DNA of 64,000 nucleotides from Nitrospirales bacterium (GTDB lineage: Bacteria > Nitrospirota > Nitrospiria > Nitrospirales > UBA8639): assembly GCA_965203295.1 (NCBI GenBank), contig CBDBCZ010000011.1:641429-705428 (forward strand), given 5' to 3'. The notes under the pieces were generated by a model, which was not told where the DNA came from, searched no databases, and saw nothing but the letters and a program-made list of their open reading frames with translations. This document shows positions 13,506 through 60,953 of the stretch, one piece after another (positions within the stretch are counted from its first letter, which is position 1; every line of letters starts with the position of its first letter). The translations under genes were made by a program, and so were the position numbers.

Positions 13506-14549
13506 CTCTGGTTACTATGATGCGGAGGAGGGGAGACAAGTCGTTAGAGACAGTACATTAGCATGTACATTTGTATTGGGAATGCACGTGCATGCCCACT
13601 CGTGAATAGCTTGAAAATGAGGAACAGTACTATAGCCAGCTCTAATCCCTGGAACGGTTAGCTCCTAGCCGCTAGCCAAACCCTAACCCAACCCTAAAAA
13701 TAAATGGATGCTAACATACTGTCTCTAACGAAAATGGAGTAGAGGAGACTGCTGAGTTACATGTATGTATGTAGCGCTGGTTTGTGTGAAACTGCTTCCA
13801 GCGAAGATGTACGATTTCTTGCGAGTTACCAAGACATGTCAGCTGTAAAACAAAGATTAATTATGAGACTGGTGCTATAGACTTCACTGTGAGAACACAG
13901 TCGTAGTCTATACAGGTAGGTATTTTTCACCCGTGTGCATGAAGGAATTAATGCTAAAATGGCAGAAGCAAAAGAATACAGGCGAAATGCAATGCAGCGA
14001 CCACAGCCTGCTAGTTGCCCTCCAAGAGGTGTGGTCACCCACTCCGCCCATCTATTGACATTTCTTTGCACACGAGAGCAAAATTTATACATGTATTTTA
14101 CTCTATGTAGGTTTTATTTGCTGCAGACTTTGAGCCCTGCGGAGCTAGTCTGCTGAGCACTGAGTATTGCTGACCCACTGGACAAATTATTAGAAGCCAG
14201 CAGTGGGAAGAGCTCTGGCTGAGAGTGCAATAAAACCTCTGCACTCCAGTACAGTACGCTGAAGGACTCCATGATTCGTGAAGGGACATCATAGCTTTGC
14301 TACACACATCAACATTTAATACAACCATTCCCACTCGCTATAAAGGAGAAAGCACTATATGACAATGACAGAAAGCTACTGTCCCCTAACTTCAATTTGA
14401 ATTCCCGTATACATACACAAGTCTTATCTTATAAACTTACTGGAGCCTTTCTGCGACTGAATCTAGCGATATAACATGCCCTCGACGTGATATTCTACCT
14501 AATGCGCACTGCAGAAAAAAGTCACGTGCGCACGTGCTCTAGAGTAAAG
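13506..14549. promoter_or_regulatory. Putative bidirectional promoter region between CRNKL1 and U2SURP
   Basis: The divergent ATGs at 13505 (-) and 14550 (+) are about 1 kb apart. Inferred from gene geometry only. Confidence 0.6.
13541..13731. mobile_element. Inverted-repeat element (TCGTTAGAGACAGTA) just upstream of the CRNKL1 ATG
   Basis: 15-bp perfect inverted termini, extendable to about 24 bp imperfectly. Confidence 0.6.
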
Positions 14550-48864
<34,315 letters not shown>

Positions 48865-49937
48865 TTTACTACACTGCTTTTACATTGTCATTCATTCATG
48901 CAATAGTCTTCTGTTGCTCTTGGGGGTCGCATTGTCTGTGTAATAGTCTTCTGTTTGCTCTTGGGGGATCCATTATCTGTGTAACATTCAGTAGTCTGTT
49001 GTTCCTCTTGGTGGGACACATAGCTGCATTGTCTGTGTAACAATGTAGTCATTGTTATCTGATTCTCGGATTATACATGTATGCATATTCTAGTTTCCAA
49101 GTTCTTGGCGTGTGTACGCCCCCTGTCGTATTAGAGTGCTTGACCGCATTAAAAATGACAAACCTTCCTGTGTTGAAAAAGAATGGGCTGGAAGTGCGGA
49201 GAATAGAAACCGCTTTGGTCACCATCAGTTACAGTCAGGTTTAGTAGCTAATCGTTTAACCCTGTAAATCGCAAGATAGCCATGTTGTTCAACAGGCCAG
49301 ATGGAATGCAATCACATGGTAACAACCAGATTCTACGGCTTCTCTCAAGATGCAGCCTCCCATCGCTATGCAAGCTTGTTCATGTGCTAGTGACTCAAAT
49401 TCGCCGTCTATGGTCACTATTACAATGATAATGGTGGTAGCTACTGATGAAAAGTCAACCCATTTTCAGATGATGAAAATGTCTCTACCAACCAATGACG
49501 CATATATATATGCGTCGTGAGCTCCCATAAGCCCATAAGAATTTATATGGGGGTTGTAATACTAGGCGTTAATACTTTGTACAGGCTTTTCTGCTTCTTT
49601 AAGCTGTTTCTTATGGTTGGTAAAGGGTTTATCATCATCACTGAGCTTTTGCCTGTTATTATAGCTGCCATTTAGCTATGACTGGGAGGCTGTGGGTGTG
49701 CTTCTGGCAAAACAACAGAGTTCATTGGTGGAGGGGGAGACTCGCCAACTTGTACAACCATGAGGCCAGAATGACAAGGTAATGGTTGCCTGCCATGCTG
49801 TTGAAAAAGATGTAGTGTAATCTACTGATAATATTCTCATGGGTGAGAAGTTAAGTGGCTGGGGTGAGCTTCTTTTAGAATGTTTAGATATTTCAATCGA
49901 AAGTACGCCTACCCAATGCACATCACATAAGCGTTTA

Positions 49938-50565
49938 CAATACTGAGGCCAGCTGTCCTCCCCTCTCTTTTCCTCTTTCTTTTCACCCTCCTTTCTACTC
50001 CTCCTCTCCCTCCCTTACCCATGCAGGAACCGAGAGCACAGAAAGATATGCCATGCTGCTTTGTCAGAAGATCGCTTAAATCTCCCTAGACACACCGGAC
50101 CCTGACCCCAGCTTCAAGGCTAGCACCATCTCTTACACCCTCCCCATACTCTACGGTTGTAAATTACATGCCATGCACTGATAGCAAATTAAAGGTGCTT
50201 CTCTTTCATCTCTACAGTAGCTAGTCAGTCTTTGTGGCGGCAACCTTGAACTTATATCACCATTTCAGTCCTAGTAGCTATCATACTCATAAGAAAAGAC
50301 TAGGCTTAAAAATTCCCACTAGTCAAAACCTTTCTTTACAGGAACTCTTGGGCTATACAGCTATATCGGTTGTCATAATGGAGACAGCAGTGAACCCATC
50401 CTGCTCTGATGATGTGAAGAGCTTAGGAGACACGTGGGTGCTGCTTTCAGATGAATCCGCCAGCATAATATGGAATTTGAATCTGAGTTCCTGTGTTCTT
50501 TGTCTAGGCAACAGTGTTGTGGAGGCACCCGCAGCATATCCAATCAAACACTAATTCTCGTGAAA
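49938..50565 (+). pseudogene. Decayed duplicate of U2SURP exon 6 and part of intron 6
   Basis: caggaaccgagagcacagaaagatatgccatgctgc...cacaccggaccctgacccc...ttcaaggctagc matches 18345-18450. The stretch 50370-50565 matches 19355-19625. Confidence 0.8.
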
Positions 50566-52004
50566 CACGATTAGGGACAGGCACATTATTCTTTTTAATT
50601 TTCCCATTATTCTATTCCCCAATTCTTTTATTTTGCCCTATTATTCCTTCCCATTATTCTTATTTTTATACCCTATTATTCTTTTCCTTTATCACGAGCC
50701 ATATGTAGCAGACTGAGTTTAGGATGTATTTCTACCTTAAAGTACAAGTTTTAGTGGGTTTCTCTGCTGCACTACACTTGGCTTTGGAATTATTGATTGA
50801 ATTCACAGCCACTTATATTCTACCACCAGCCCACCACTTTACTTCAGACTAATTACTGAGTCCTCTGACCCAGGGAAGGCCTTACAGACAGGTTTTATCA
50901 AAACAATCACCTATTATTCTTGCTTCTATGTATACAGCTATTATTCCTAAAGAAATTCCTGAATAATGTGCGTGTCCCTAAACACGATCACCCCCACAAT
51001 TTAATGTCAAAACATTTCCTAATATGGATAGTAGGCATGCACATGATATATATGCATGCATGCAAGATCAAGAATTCGTCTTTCAACAGAAGTATCTCAA
51101 CACTGATGTTGTACATGTACTTCTTCATGTCACTAATTGCTCCTTGCTTTCATGGAGGCAGAGTGCAGGGAGGGTCTGGTGACGAGATTAATATGTACAA
51201 GTAGTTGTGCTCGCTTCGCTCGCACAACTACTTGTGTTTGTTGAACTCGCTCGCTGCGCTCGCTCTATACAGATAGAGATTAAAGATGTAATCTTCATGT
51301 GATTTGTTGGTTTGTAGGGTACATTTAGCTAGTAGTGTTGCTGGCAGACTGAAGTGTGGAGACAGCGCTACAGAGAAGACTACAATCAGCTGTAAAACAG
51401 TTTAGGCATGCTGGGACTACAGCCTAGCTCTTCACAGCCATAGCCTAGCTACATATCAAGTGAATGGCACTGATTTTATTCTCAGCATGGCTACTTGCAT
51501 GTTCACCACATTCTAACCAGAGGCAGTGACTCAGAGGAGAGACTACAAACAGCTGCTAGACCAAACAGGCGAGCTAGCACTGTAGCCTAGCTATACCACA
51601 GGCTACATGCAGCGCAGGCGAACGGCACCGACTCCATTTAATGCACATCGACATGGTTAGCCTAGCATAACAGTTATATCTCTGCTTGGCTTTCACTTAC
51701 AGCTAGGACTATACCGCAACTAACCTTTGTGTTAAAGTGCCTGACATCGCGAGACTAAGTCTTGTAGTCGCTGGAAAGAGCTAGCATCTTCTCGCACTTC
51801 ACATACAGACACGTGGTACTTTGACCTGTGACCGTGAACTGGTCACAGGTCGAAGGTGCATCCGGGAGCGCGCGCATGCGGCTTCCGTTTCCGTTTTTCA
51901 CACGTACGCACAGACGCACGAACACACGAACACACGAACACACGAACGGACACAACCAGGCGTAATAATAGATTATGCAGACCACAAATGATCGTCCCTT
52001 TTGG

Positions 52005-52440
52005 GTGTATGTGTAAAGTAGCCGAGTATCAATACTTCATGAGAGAGACCTCCTTGATACGGGGTACCCTCTCACCACCAACCTTTGTTGGAAACATCAG
52101 TCAGCTTCATCTGGGTTCGCTTTTTATGAGTGATTCTACTACATGTTTGTGATGTAGTGATGAAATTAAATTTTCTGTGCTGAACTTAGACCTCCCCTCT
52201 CTCTCTCTCTTTCTGTTCCAACATGTTGCTCTTGTGGTTTAGTGATTTTTTGTTTGCAACCATTAGTGTGCCCTCCATGTAGTGCTAGCCTAAACAATCT
52301 GCTGTGGTTCCTATTGATGCACACCAGCTACTGCTTCTGTATTTAAGCCTCCAAGCAAAGTTTCGTGTACCAAAATCAGCTTTGCCAGTGCCTCTTAATT
52401 TTTTCTATCTTCCCTCTCGGATGAGTGATGAGATGCTTAG
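52005..52440 (+). pseudogene. Decayed duplicate of U2SURP exon 7 and the start of exon 8
   Basis: acttcatgagagagacctccttgatacggggtaccctctcaccaccaacctttgttggaaacatca matches exon 7 with frameshifts. ttccctctcggatgagtgatgagatgct matches the exon 8 acceptor and start. Confidence 0.78.
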
Positions 52441-53093
52441 GCTCTCAGCCTTTTTTCATCCAAGGTGGAGTGGTGTAGCTCAAGCCCATTAACTACATCT
52501 TGTGTACATAGATACTGTATATCAACTATCTCATACTCAGCCGCAGTAATGCATGTGGGAACTTTTTGCTGTTTACTCATTTAAGAATTGAAAATGAATT
52601 TTGTAATCATGGGCAGTTATGCCACTATGAATCTAATGTAGTTTGTACACAGCAAAACAGGGTATCTCAGTTTCAGCTTCAATACTGAACCGTGCATGCA
52701 TGCTCGACCAATGTAGGTCTTCAATTTCAAACAGAAGAGTAAACAATTAAGCGAAGTCATGCAGGTATACGAAGCTACATATACCATTACATTTTATGTT
52801 GGGCAAATAATGTAATTGATCTGCCTGTATGCACATTTTTCGCTAGTGGACTTGCAACTGAGATACCCTACATGTAGCTGGGTAAAACCAACCCTTTTGT
52901 TTTTGCAGTGACGTAGTGCACTTCTTAGTCGGCCCACAAGTAAAGTTTACATATCAATAGCCCAATAGTTTTGCAGAAAAGTCCCGCTTAACTTAATGAA
53001 ACCACATTTATATATAGAGTGAGAGCTATTGTGTAGTAGTTCATTAAAGTTGGAAGGGGATTAGTTAGCTCTTATGTGACTCCAGTGATCGCC

Positions 53094-54914
53094 ATGCTGG
53101 CTCTTAGTGTCTTTTGTTTACTGTTCTTCATCTGTCAAGTTGCAACGCAGTCTAATGATGCTGGAATTGGAGAATACGGGATTAGCACTCTTGTGCATCC
53201 AGTAAATCTTACCTGCCCTGGCCCGTGGAGTATTTTTGAGAACACCAATGACAGTTCAAAGTGTATCTGTGGTAGTGACTTAAACCGTGTGGTGCACTGT
53301 GATGAGGAGACTTTGCAGGTGAAGTTGCTTCCATGTTTCTGTATGACACAATATGCAAAGAATCCGAACATTACTGTTGTTGGTGCTTGCATGTATAAAT
53401 GTCAGCGTCCAGGTCACCATCACTATAATACAGTTCCGAGTAATACAAGTGAATTGTCGATGCACATGTGTAATGGTACAACACCTGTGATTAACGGACT
53501 ACAAAGCTGGAATCGAGAAGGTCAGTTGTGTGGAAAGTGTCAAGAAGGGTTTGGCCTACCTGCATACTCTTATGACTGGAGTTGTGTCAAGTGTTCAGAC
53601 AATAAGCATTCTGTTATAAACTCGATTGTTAAGTATTGTATCATGGCCTTTTTTCCACTCACTATTTTTTTTGTCATGGTGGTTACTCTTCGCATTACTG
53701 CTACTTCACCCTCGATGAATGCATTTGTTCTAGCCTGCCAAGTATTAATGTCACCTTTGCAAATACGAGTATTCCTAAGCTATTTATCACATACTACTAA
53801 CCGTCCAGCAATATTTTTTGTTCGTGTAATTGCATCATTGTATGGCTTTTGGAACTTGGACTTCTTCCGCACACTATATCCACTATTCTGCCTTCACCCA
53901 AACATGACTTCTCTGCAAATATTAGCACTTGACTATATTGTAGCAGCATACCCGCTTCTCCTGATATTGATTGCATATTCTCTTGTAGAGCTACATGGTC
54001 GCAACTGCAAGATAGTGGTGTGGCTATGGAAACCTTTTCGTAGATGCTTTATTCACATTCAAAGGACTTACATTCAAACTTCCTTGATTGATGCTTTTGC
54101 ATCTTTTCTCCTTCTTTCGTATGATAAATTTCTTAGTGTATCATTTGATTTACTCATTCCTGTACATCTGTATGATGTCCATGGGGAGTCGATGGAACCG
54201 TACCTCTACTTTGATGGAACAGTTGAATACTTTGGAAAGCAGCATTTACCCTATGCTATTCTAGCTATTACAGTTCTGATTTTATTCATTATTCTTCCGC
54301 TTCTGCTTTTGTGTTTGTATCCCTGTCGCTGCTTCCAAAAAGTACTGAATTATTACGGTCTCAGGTGCCAGGCGCTGCACATATTCATGGATGCCTTCCA
54401 TAACGGCTACAAGAATGGCACTGAAGGTACAAGGGATTGTCGATATATTTCAGTGGTGTACCTTTTGATGCGAATTTTCTCTTTCATCAATGCTATAGTA
54501 TTTATTTCTTCTGTAATTATATATTTTTTTAACCTAGGAGTAATGTTTACAATGCTTGCTATCTTGATCACTATAGTGAGGCCTTATAAAGCTTTAATTC
54601 ACATTGTAGTGGGTATAATACTAAATCTTGCTGTGGCGCTCATATATTTTTGCTTAATAACAGCCCAGTTAGCAGAACCCGATTATGTGTTTTTTGTAGA
54701 TAGAATGCTTGTATCCATAATAGCTATATTTGCACTAGTTCCTCTTTTCTATGTGACCATGCTGATATTGTATTGGGTATTTGTAAAACGAGAATCAGTG
54801 CAGCAGTGGTGGACATTCCTGAAATTGCTGGTTTTCGAGAGACAGTTCAGGAGGAACAACTCGGAGGAGTGTGTGTCATTAGTTCGTGAGCCAGTGAATA
54901 ATCATCAAGAATAA
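53094..54914 (+). CDS. Family copy E (about 606 aa from ATG 53094)
   Basis: Intact paralogous ORF with a gccATG start and signal peptide. Confidence 0.88.
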   Translation: MLALSVFCLLFFICQVATQSNDAGIGEYGISTLVHPVNLTCPGPWSIFENTNDSSKCICGSDLNRVVHCDEETLQVKLLPCFCMTQYAKNPNITVVGACMYKCQRPGHHHYNTVPSNTSELSMHMCNGTTPVINGLQSWNREGQLCGKCQEGFGLPAYSYDWSCVKCSDNKHSVINSIVKYCIMAFFPLTIFFVMVVTLRITATSPSMNAFVLACQVLMSPLQIRVFLSYLSHTTNRPAIFFVRVIASLYGFWNLDFFRTLYPLFCLHPNMTSLQILALDYIVAAYPLLLILIAYSLVELHGRNCKIVVWLWKPFRRCFIHIQRTYIQTSLIDAFASFLLLSYDKFLSVSFDLLIPVHLYDVHGESMEPYLYFDGTVEYFGKQHLPYAILAITVLILFIILPLLLLCLYPCRCFQKVLNYYGLRCQALHIFMDAFHNGYKNGTEGTRDCRYISVVYLLMRIFSFINAIVFISSVIIYFFNLGVMFTMLAILITIVRPYKALIHIVVGIILNLAVALIYFCLITAQLAEPDYVFFVDRMLVSIIAIFALVPLFYVTMLILYWVFVKRESVQQWWTFLKLLVFERQFRRNNSEECVSLVREPVNNHQE

Positions 54915-55299
54915 TTATGCAGCTGACATGCATTATACATCCTATTAACCGGCCATTTTTTACCACTAATGCCTTATATGGACTAACAACTGTTAGTTTC
55001 TTGTACAGTATTTCACATTCTATACGCCATTTTAATTTTGTATCCTGATATTTGGAATTTCCCATTGTTTAAAGTCATGCTAAAAGGTACAAATTCTTTT
55101 TTCACCATGAAATTGGAAGCATTCATTAGATGTATAAGCAATGGATGCAATGTTTACCACAATATCAAGCTACGATCTGTACACTCCCACACTGAATGAC
55201 ACTTACTATTGAACAATTTATTTTCTTCACTTAGTTTGAATATAGCTATTATGATTATTGAGTGTAAGTGCTAGTATGCATAAATGAATACAGTTATTT

Positions 55300-55390
55300 G
55301 TGTTCCTCCTTCTTATGTTAAATTTCCTTAGTGTGTCATTTCATTTTCTTGTTCCCCATGAATTTGTATGATGTACATGGGGAGTCAATG
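55300..55390 (+). pseudogene. Short degenerate fragment of the membrane-protein family
   Basis: ttcctccttcttatgttaaatttccttagtgtgtcatttcattttcttgttccc...gtatgatgtacatggggagtcaatg aligns, with indels, to the LLLSYVKFLSVSFDFLIPVHLYDVHGESM segment. Confidence 0.7.
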
Positions 55391-56558
55391 CATGTGGTAT
55401 CGTACCTAGCCTTTTCCATTGATACAAATTAGGATGTAATACACAGCGAATGGAGTTACTGGTATTAGGCTTCTGATAGTTTGTATATGTAAATTACACC
55501 AACACAGGACATGATATGATGTAATTGAACATATATCGACACTAGCTGCCAAGCAAGTGAACACATATAACATTGGTACATAGATACTGTATAGCAATTA
55601 TCTCCATACTCAACCACAAGAAAGGAGCAGCAACAAGAGCCTTCAATCAGTGACAAGAGCTTTAAGTATATTTATGGATGTTCTCCTAGATCAAAAACAG
55701 GGGACTGTGAGGGTGAGCCTGTGTACAAACATGCTAGTTAATACTTATAATATGGTCTTATATAAAAATGTCAGCCAAAATTTAATGAACCCCAACATAA
55801 CCAACCTATTACCCATACTAACTAACACCTAGGCATCCCATTTTCATTTCGGTTTGAAATTAATTATAGTCCACTGACCCTGCAAGCAGCGGAGTGCTGA
55901 TACGTAACATCATGCAAATTGAAAACGACCAAAATCAATATGCCATTTCATACTCATACAGACACTTCAATAACTCACAAGTATAGTATGTCTAAAAAGC
56001 TGTGCAAAACCTTTTTAGCAAATGCAACCATATCCATTTGGTATTATGTAATCAAGTGAACTTACCCAATACAGAATCATAATATACCCTGTGTTACTAA
56101 ATTAGCACTGTTGATTCTTGGGGACCCTATTTAATACATTACGGGTGATCAGTTCTCTGCATATATTCTCCCTTATTAGTGATGAGTCCTTGAGACCTAC
56201 AGCCACAGGCCTTCAGTTTTCTAATTGTAGATCACTGGGCTTGATCTTGGCATAGATAGTAGAGTATGATCTTGGTATCTGACTAGTGAGCTTGGTCAAT
56301 TTCAATTTGTATCTTCAGAGATGTATATCATTACAATATAAAAAAATATCATGTTTTAAAACTTTTTCCAAAGCCACACAAAATTAATATAAGCTACCAT
56401 AAATCTTGTGTAATTTGGTAACTACATGCATTCATCTACAACTCCAGAAAACATTGCCTTAACTTACAAAGTGCAATTAAACTACAAAAAATGAAGACAC
56501 TAAATGAAACTACAGTATGAACCATGCATGTAAAAAGTGCTGACTTACAGAAACTGCC

Positions 56559-58433
56559 TTACAGAAACCGTTGTTCAAAAGAAGGTGTGTCTTGATCAGG
56601 TGGACCATCAGTGCCTTGATCACTCACAGGTTCATGGAGTAGTGCTGCACACTCCTCAGGATTGGCCATACGTTCTGGCAGTGGTTCTTCTGAGTTACTA
56701 GCTCTTCGTCCCATCAACTTCTTACAGAATGGCAAGCAGCACTGCTGTGGTGGTTTAGTTTTCAAAACTGAAAGTATGACTATAATTACATAAACAATAG
56801 GAATGAAACAAAATAGACAATACATTATTCCTGCTAGTAAGTGAAGAACACTATACTCTGCATGAGCTAATTTGCGTCCCATAGCAAAAAAATAGGAAAG
56901 AGCAATTGCAAAAATTAACACTGTGTCGATAATACTGTAAATGGAAGACTTATAGGGCTGTGTAATAGCAATCAAAATAGCATACAAGGAAAACAGTACT
57001 CCTGCTAGAAAATAAAAGGTTACCACAGAATAGCCCAATGACACTGCAGCAGTCACAAAGAACATGATTCTTATAAAAAGATACAGTGCTGAAAATTGTC
57101 GATAATCCCTAGTGCCATTTGTACCATTTTTGTAGCAGCCTTGAAATGCATCCATGAAAATGTGCAATGCCTGACACCTCAGTTTGCTGGTATTAAGGAT
57201 CTTTTGGAAGCAGTGACAAGGATATAGACACAACAGCAGCAGGGGTAGAATATTGAATATAATGAAAACTATAATTGCCAGAATAGCATAGGGCAAGTGC
57301 TGCTTGCCAAAGTATTCAATTGTTCCATCATAGTAGAGGTATGTTTCAAGTGACTCACCGTAAACATTATACACATATACAGGAAGAAGGAAGCGTAATG
57401 ATACACTAAGAAATTTAACATACGAGAGAAGAAGAAAACACGCAAAAGCCTCAATCAAGGAAGTTTGAATGTCCCACTGCCTACGAAAGCGAGCAAAGCA
57501 TCTAAGAAACGGTTTCCATAGCAACACTACTATCTTGCAGTTGCGATCATGTAACTCAACCAGAATGTATGTTATTGCTATCAAGAAAAGTGGGTGTGCT
57601 GCTATAACGTAGTCAAGTGCTATGATCTGGAGTATGCTCATATTAGGGTGAAGACAAAATCCAGGATAAAGTGGACGAAAGAAGTCCAGATTCCAAAAGC
57701 CAAACAAAGATAATATCAGCTCAACTAAAGTAGACAATAACTTTGGCTTATCTCCATTACTCAAGGGAACGAGAATCAATTCAACTTGCAGAGGTGATGC
57801 CAGCACTTGGCATGCTAGTACAAATGCATTCAATGAAGGTGAAGTAGCACTAATGCGAAGGGTGACCAGTACAATGAAGAAAACTGTTAGTGGCAGAAAG
57901 GCAATGATGCAATACTTGACAGTGTTTTTAATAGAATACTCGTTGTGCGAACAATTCACACATCTCTGGTGATAAGCGTAAACAGGTGGGGCAAAACCTT
58001 CTATGCACTTTCCACACAGTTGGCCATTTTGATATCTCCACTTTATTTTTCCATTTACGATCTGCCTGGTACACATATGATAGGAGAGTTCACCAACTGC
58101 TACTCTGGGAAGTAAATGATAGGCCCCAAAACACCTGCTTAAACAGGCACCAACAACAGTGATATTAGGATCCTTTGCATAAGGTGTCATACAGTAACAT
58201 GGGCGCAACAGTATCTGTGAAGGTGTATTACAGTGCACTATACCTCCTAAGGAATCACCACATTTACATCCAGTACTGCCATTCGTGTTCTCAAGAATAT
58301 TCCATAGGCCAGGGCAGGAAAGAATTGCTGAGTCCACAGTACTTCCATTTGTGGGATCTCCACTGCCTTCAGAGTGGACAGACTCTGTGCCACCTTGCCC
58401 GATCAGAAGCAGTAAGCAAATGAAACTCAGCAT
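56559..58433 (-). CDS. Family copy F (624 aa, most divergent paralogue)
   Basis: Intact ATG-started ORF with the same Cys and TM motifs (CYCMT, GQLCGKC, GFWNLDFFR, FMDAFQGCYKNGT) and a longer C-terminal tail. Confidence 0.9.
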   Translation of the reverse strand: MLSFICLLLLIGQGGTESVHSEGSGDPTNGSTVDSAILSCPGLWNILENTNGSTGCKCGDSLGGIVHCNTPSQILLRPCYCMTPYAKDPNITVVGACLSRCFGAYHLLPRVAVGELSYHMCTRQIVNGKIKWRYQNGQLCGKCIEGFAPPVYAYHQRCVNCSHNEYSIKNTVKYCIIAFLPLTVFFIVLVTLRISATSPSLNAFVLACQVLASPLQVELILVPLSNGDKPKLLSTLVELILSLFGFWNLDFFRPLYPGFCLHPNMSILQIIALDYVIAAHPLFLIAITYILVELHDRNCKIVVLLWKPFLRCFARFRRQWDIQTSLIEAFACFLLLSYVKFLSVSLRFLLPVYVYNVYGESLETYLYYDGTIEYFGKQHLPYAILAIIVFIIFNILPLLLLCLYPCHCFQKILNTSKLRCQALHIFMDAFQGCYKNGTNGTRDYRQFSALYLFIRIMFFVTAAVSLGYSVVTFYFLAGVLFSLYAILIAITQPYKSSIYSIIDTVLIFAIALSYFFAMGRKLAHAEYSVLHLLAGIMYCLFCFIPIVYVIIVILSVLKTKPPQQCCLPFCKKLMGRRASNSEEPLPERMANPEECAALLHEPVSDQGTDGPPDQDTPSFEQRFL

Positions 58434-60749
58434 TTCTAGTCACAAGAACAAGTATTAGCTACACAATGATAGTGTTCCTTACTTGAACGTACAATATATA
58501 CACTTCAGTTTTCTTCAGATTTCACTGCAATAGCTACTTAGCTATGGTAGCTTTACTCTTATAACGAGCACAGTTCGATTTCTACTGCTTTTTTTAGTCG
58601 ATTTACTGACTGCATGTACAGAGATAGATAGTTGATTTCCTGAAATTCCGTCTTACAAACTACCATGGGAGATAAGGCTCATCGCACAAGAAATATATAT
58701 ATGAACGTACACCTGCTATATGGATTTAGAAACAAAACATGATGTGCTATACTGACAGTTTATATAATAACAAATGTATGTATGCACAACAGTGACAGTG
58801 ACATCCTTTCAGTTTCAGTGAAGACAACCTTTTGCTTCTATGGCAACAAATATTCGTGTCCACGGTTTATCAATGACATACAGAAAGGTTTGCTTAAGTA
58901 AGTGTAATGTAAAATGTGGCAGTTATGACCTCACAATATCTTATACACAATTTATATAGGCCCCAATTCACATCTTGAAAACAGCCTTCTGTATTAATTT
59001 TAGTGAGCAGTAGATAAAATAATTGCTGTCATAGCATCAAAAATATATAAGGTCTATACCACATATGAAGTTTGTCACATCAATAAACATGAGCCATACC
59101 CCGTGATAGTTTCATTTCTAATGCACTGCAAGCAGGAAAATTTTGATGTCCTAGGTAATAGCTATGCTCACTGTAGTGGACATATCTACCAATGCAGCAA
59201 GTGATTAGGTATGTGATTCCCATGACACAGGTCCATGCATTTCACCACATGGAGGACTTCTAATACATGTATACTCATTGATGAGAGTAATACTGTTATA
59301 GTACATATACTTCGGGGAAGGGGGCAGGGTTTGAATATGGGATTACAGAGTGCTGAGACGTGCAAGGCTAGGAGGGCTAAAGTTTTGCAGGAGGTTGAAC
59401 ACCTCTTGCTATTTCCCCGAAAATTACAATCCTGTTTCAATAAAGTGTGCACATGATCAGTAAACCAATTAAACAGAAATTGAAACTGACAGAAACAACC
59501 TTTTTAGAGATCAATGTACATTGATTGTGTTTACATTGCAAAAATATAGATGTTTTTCTAGTGGAATAACCTGAAATGCGTTACAATCTGCCCTGTACCT
59601 GAAATACCAGACTTCCTGTCAAATTCCCTTGTACGTAATGCATTTCAGGAAATTCCACTTTTTTTCCTGTGCTATCAGTTACAGTCAGGTTTAGTAGCTA
59701 ATTGCTTAACCCTGTAAATCGCAAGATCGCCATGATGTTCGACTGGACAGGCAAGGTGGAACGCAATCACGTGGGTGCGGTAACAACCAGATTTTATGGC
59801 TTCTCTGAAGATGCAATCTCCCATCGCTGTGTACTGTTGTAGCTAGTGGCTCAAATTCAGTGACACCCTATAGCTATATATAGATAGCTATAGCTAATTA
59901 TATTTAGCAAAAAAGTTATTGTCTATGGTCACTATTGTAGATAATGGTGATACTGATGATAAGTCAACCGATTTCAGATGATGAAAATATCTTAAGTTTG
60001 AGTCAAAACTGATATCATCACCGTTGGAGTTTTTGCCTGTTCTTCTAGATTAATTATAGCTGTCTTATATGACTGGGAGGCCGTGGGTGTGTTTCTGTCG
60101 GAAGACTGACAGAGTTCATTGGTGGAGGGGGAGACTCGCCGACTTGCACAACCACGAGGCCATGCAGAATGGCAAGGCAATGGTTGCCTGAATGTTGTTG
60201 AAAAAGATGTACCATAATCTACTGATAATAAAGAGTTTTCATTAACATCATCTTACGTCACCCGCATGTAGCAACTGTTGCCAGGGCGCCATTTTGGTGG
60301 GCAGCAAACGTGCGTACATAGCCATACGCATAAAGACCGGAAGTTACTCTCGTACTCGTAGTCTAGGTGGCAGATTCACTCGATCTGTCCCGCCTGAAAG
60401 CTGACTTACAGCGATAGTTGAGATAACTAGAAGTCTCTAGCAGAGACATATCCCGCGGTGCATAATTCACAACTTGGAGCTGGCAGGACTGCAGACTGGG
60501 CTGATCGAGTAGTTGGTAGAGTGTACATGTATATCACTGGCTGCGTATCCGCACGCAGAGTGTACAGCGCTCGTGTACGCGTATTATATCTGTATATCCT
60601 ATGGGAAGTGGTGGGCGTGACAGATTGCCAATATGAACACGTGACCAGAGTCCGTATATGCCCGGCCTCTATCGTCTTCTAGTTGTGACCGTATTAAAAT
60701 GGCAGAATGCACCGTTGTTAAATAAGAAAGAGCTGTAGATACAGCGAAT

Positions 60750-60953
60750 GGAACCGCTTTGGCGACTATCAGGTACACACCCGGACATTTTTTTTTTGAT
60801 TTCAATGTTACTGTCGTGTTTAGCAATCGTTTAACCCTGTAAATCGCGAGATAGTCCGATTTTTGAGTGGACAGACACCGGACAGACGGACGGACGGACA
60901 GACAGAACCAATTGCTTAACCCCGCCGCCGCCTACGCGCCGCGGGGTAATTAA
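60750..60953 (-). mobile_element. DINE-1/HINE-like (Helentron-associated) interspersed element end
   Basis: The minus strand reads ttaattaccccgcggcgc...ggggttaagcaatt followed by a (GTCY)n microsatellite. Related sequence (ttaaccctgtaaatcgc) occurs at about 49255 and 59705. Confidence 0.5.

Noticed and set aside
13678..13698. Telomere-like aaccctaacccaaccctaa
   Set aside because: Only 2-3 imperfect units, inside an inverted-repeat element; not an interstitial telomere array.
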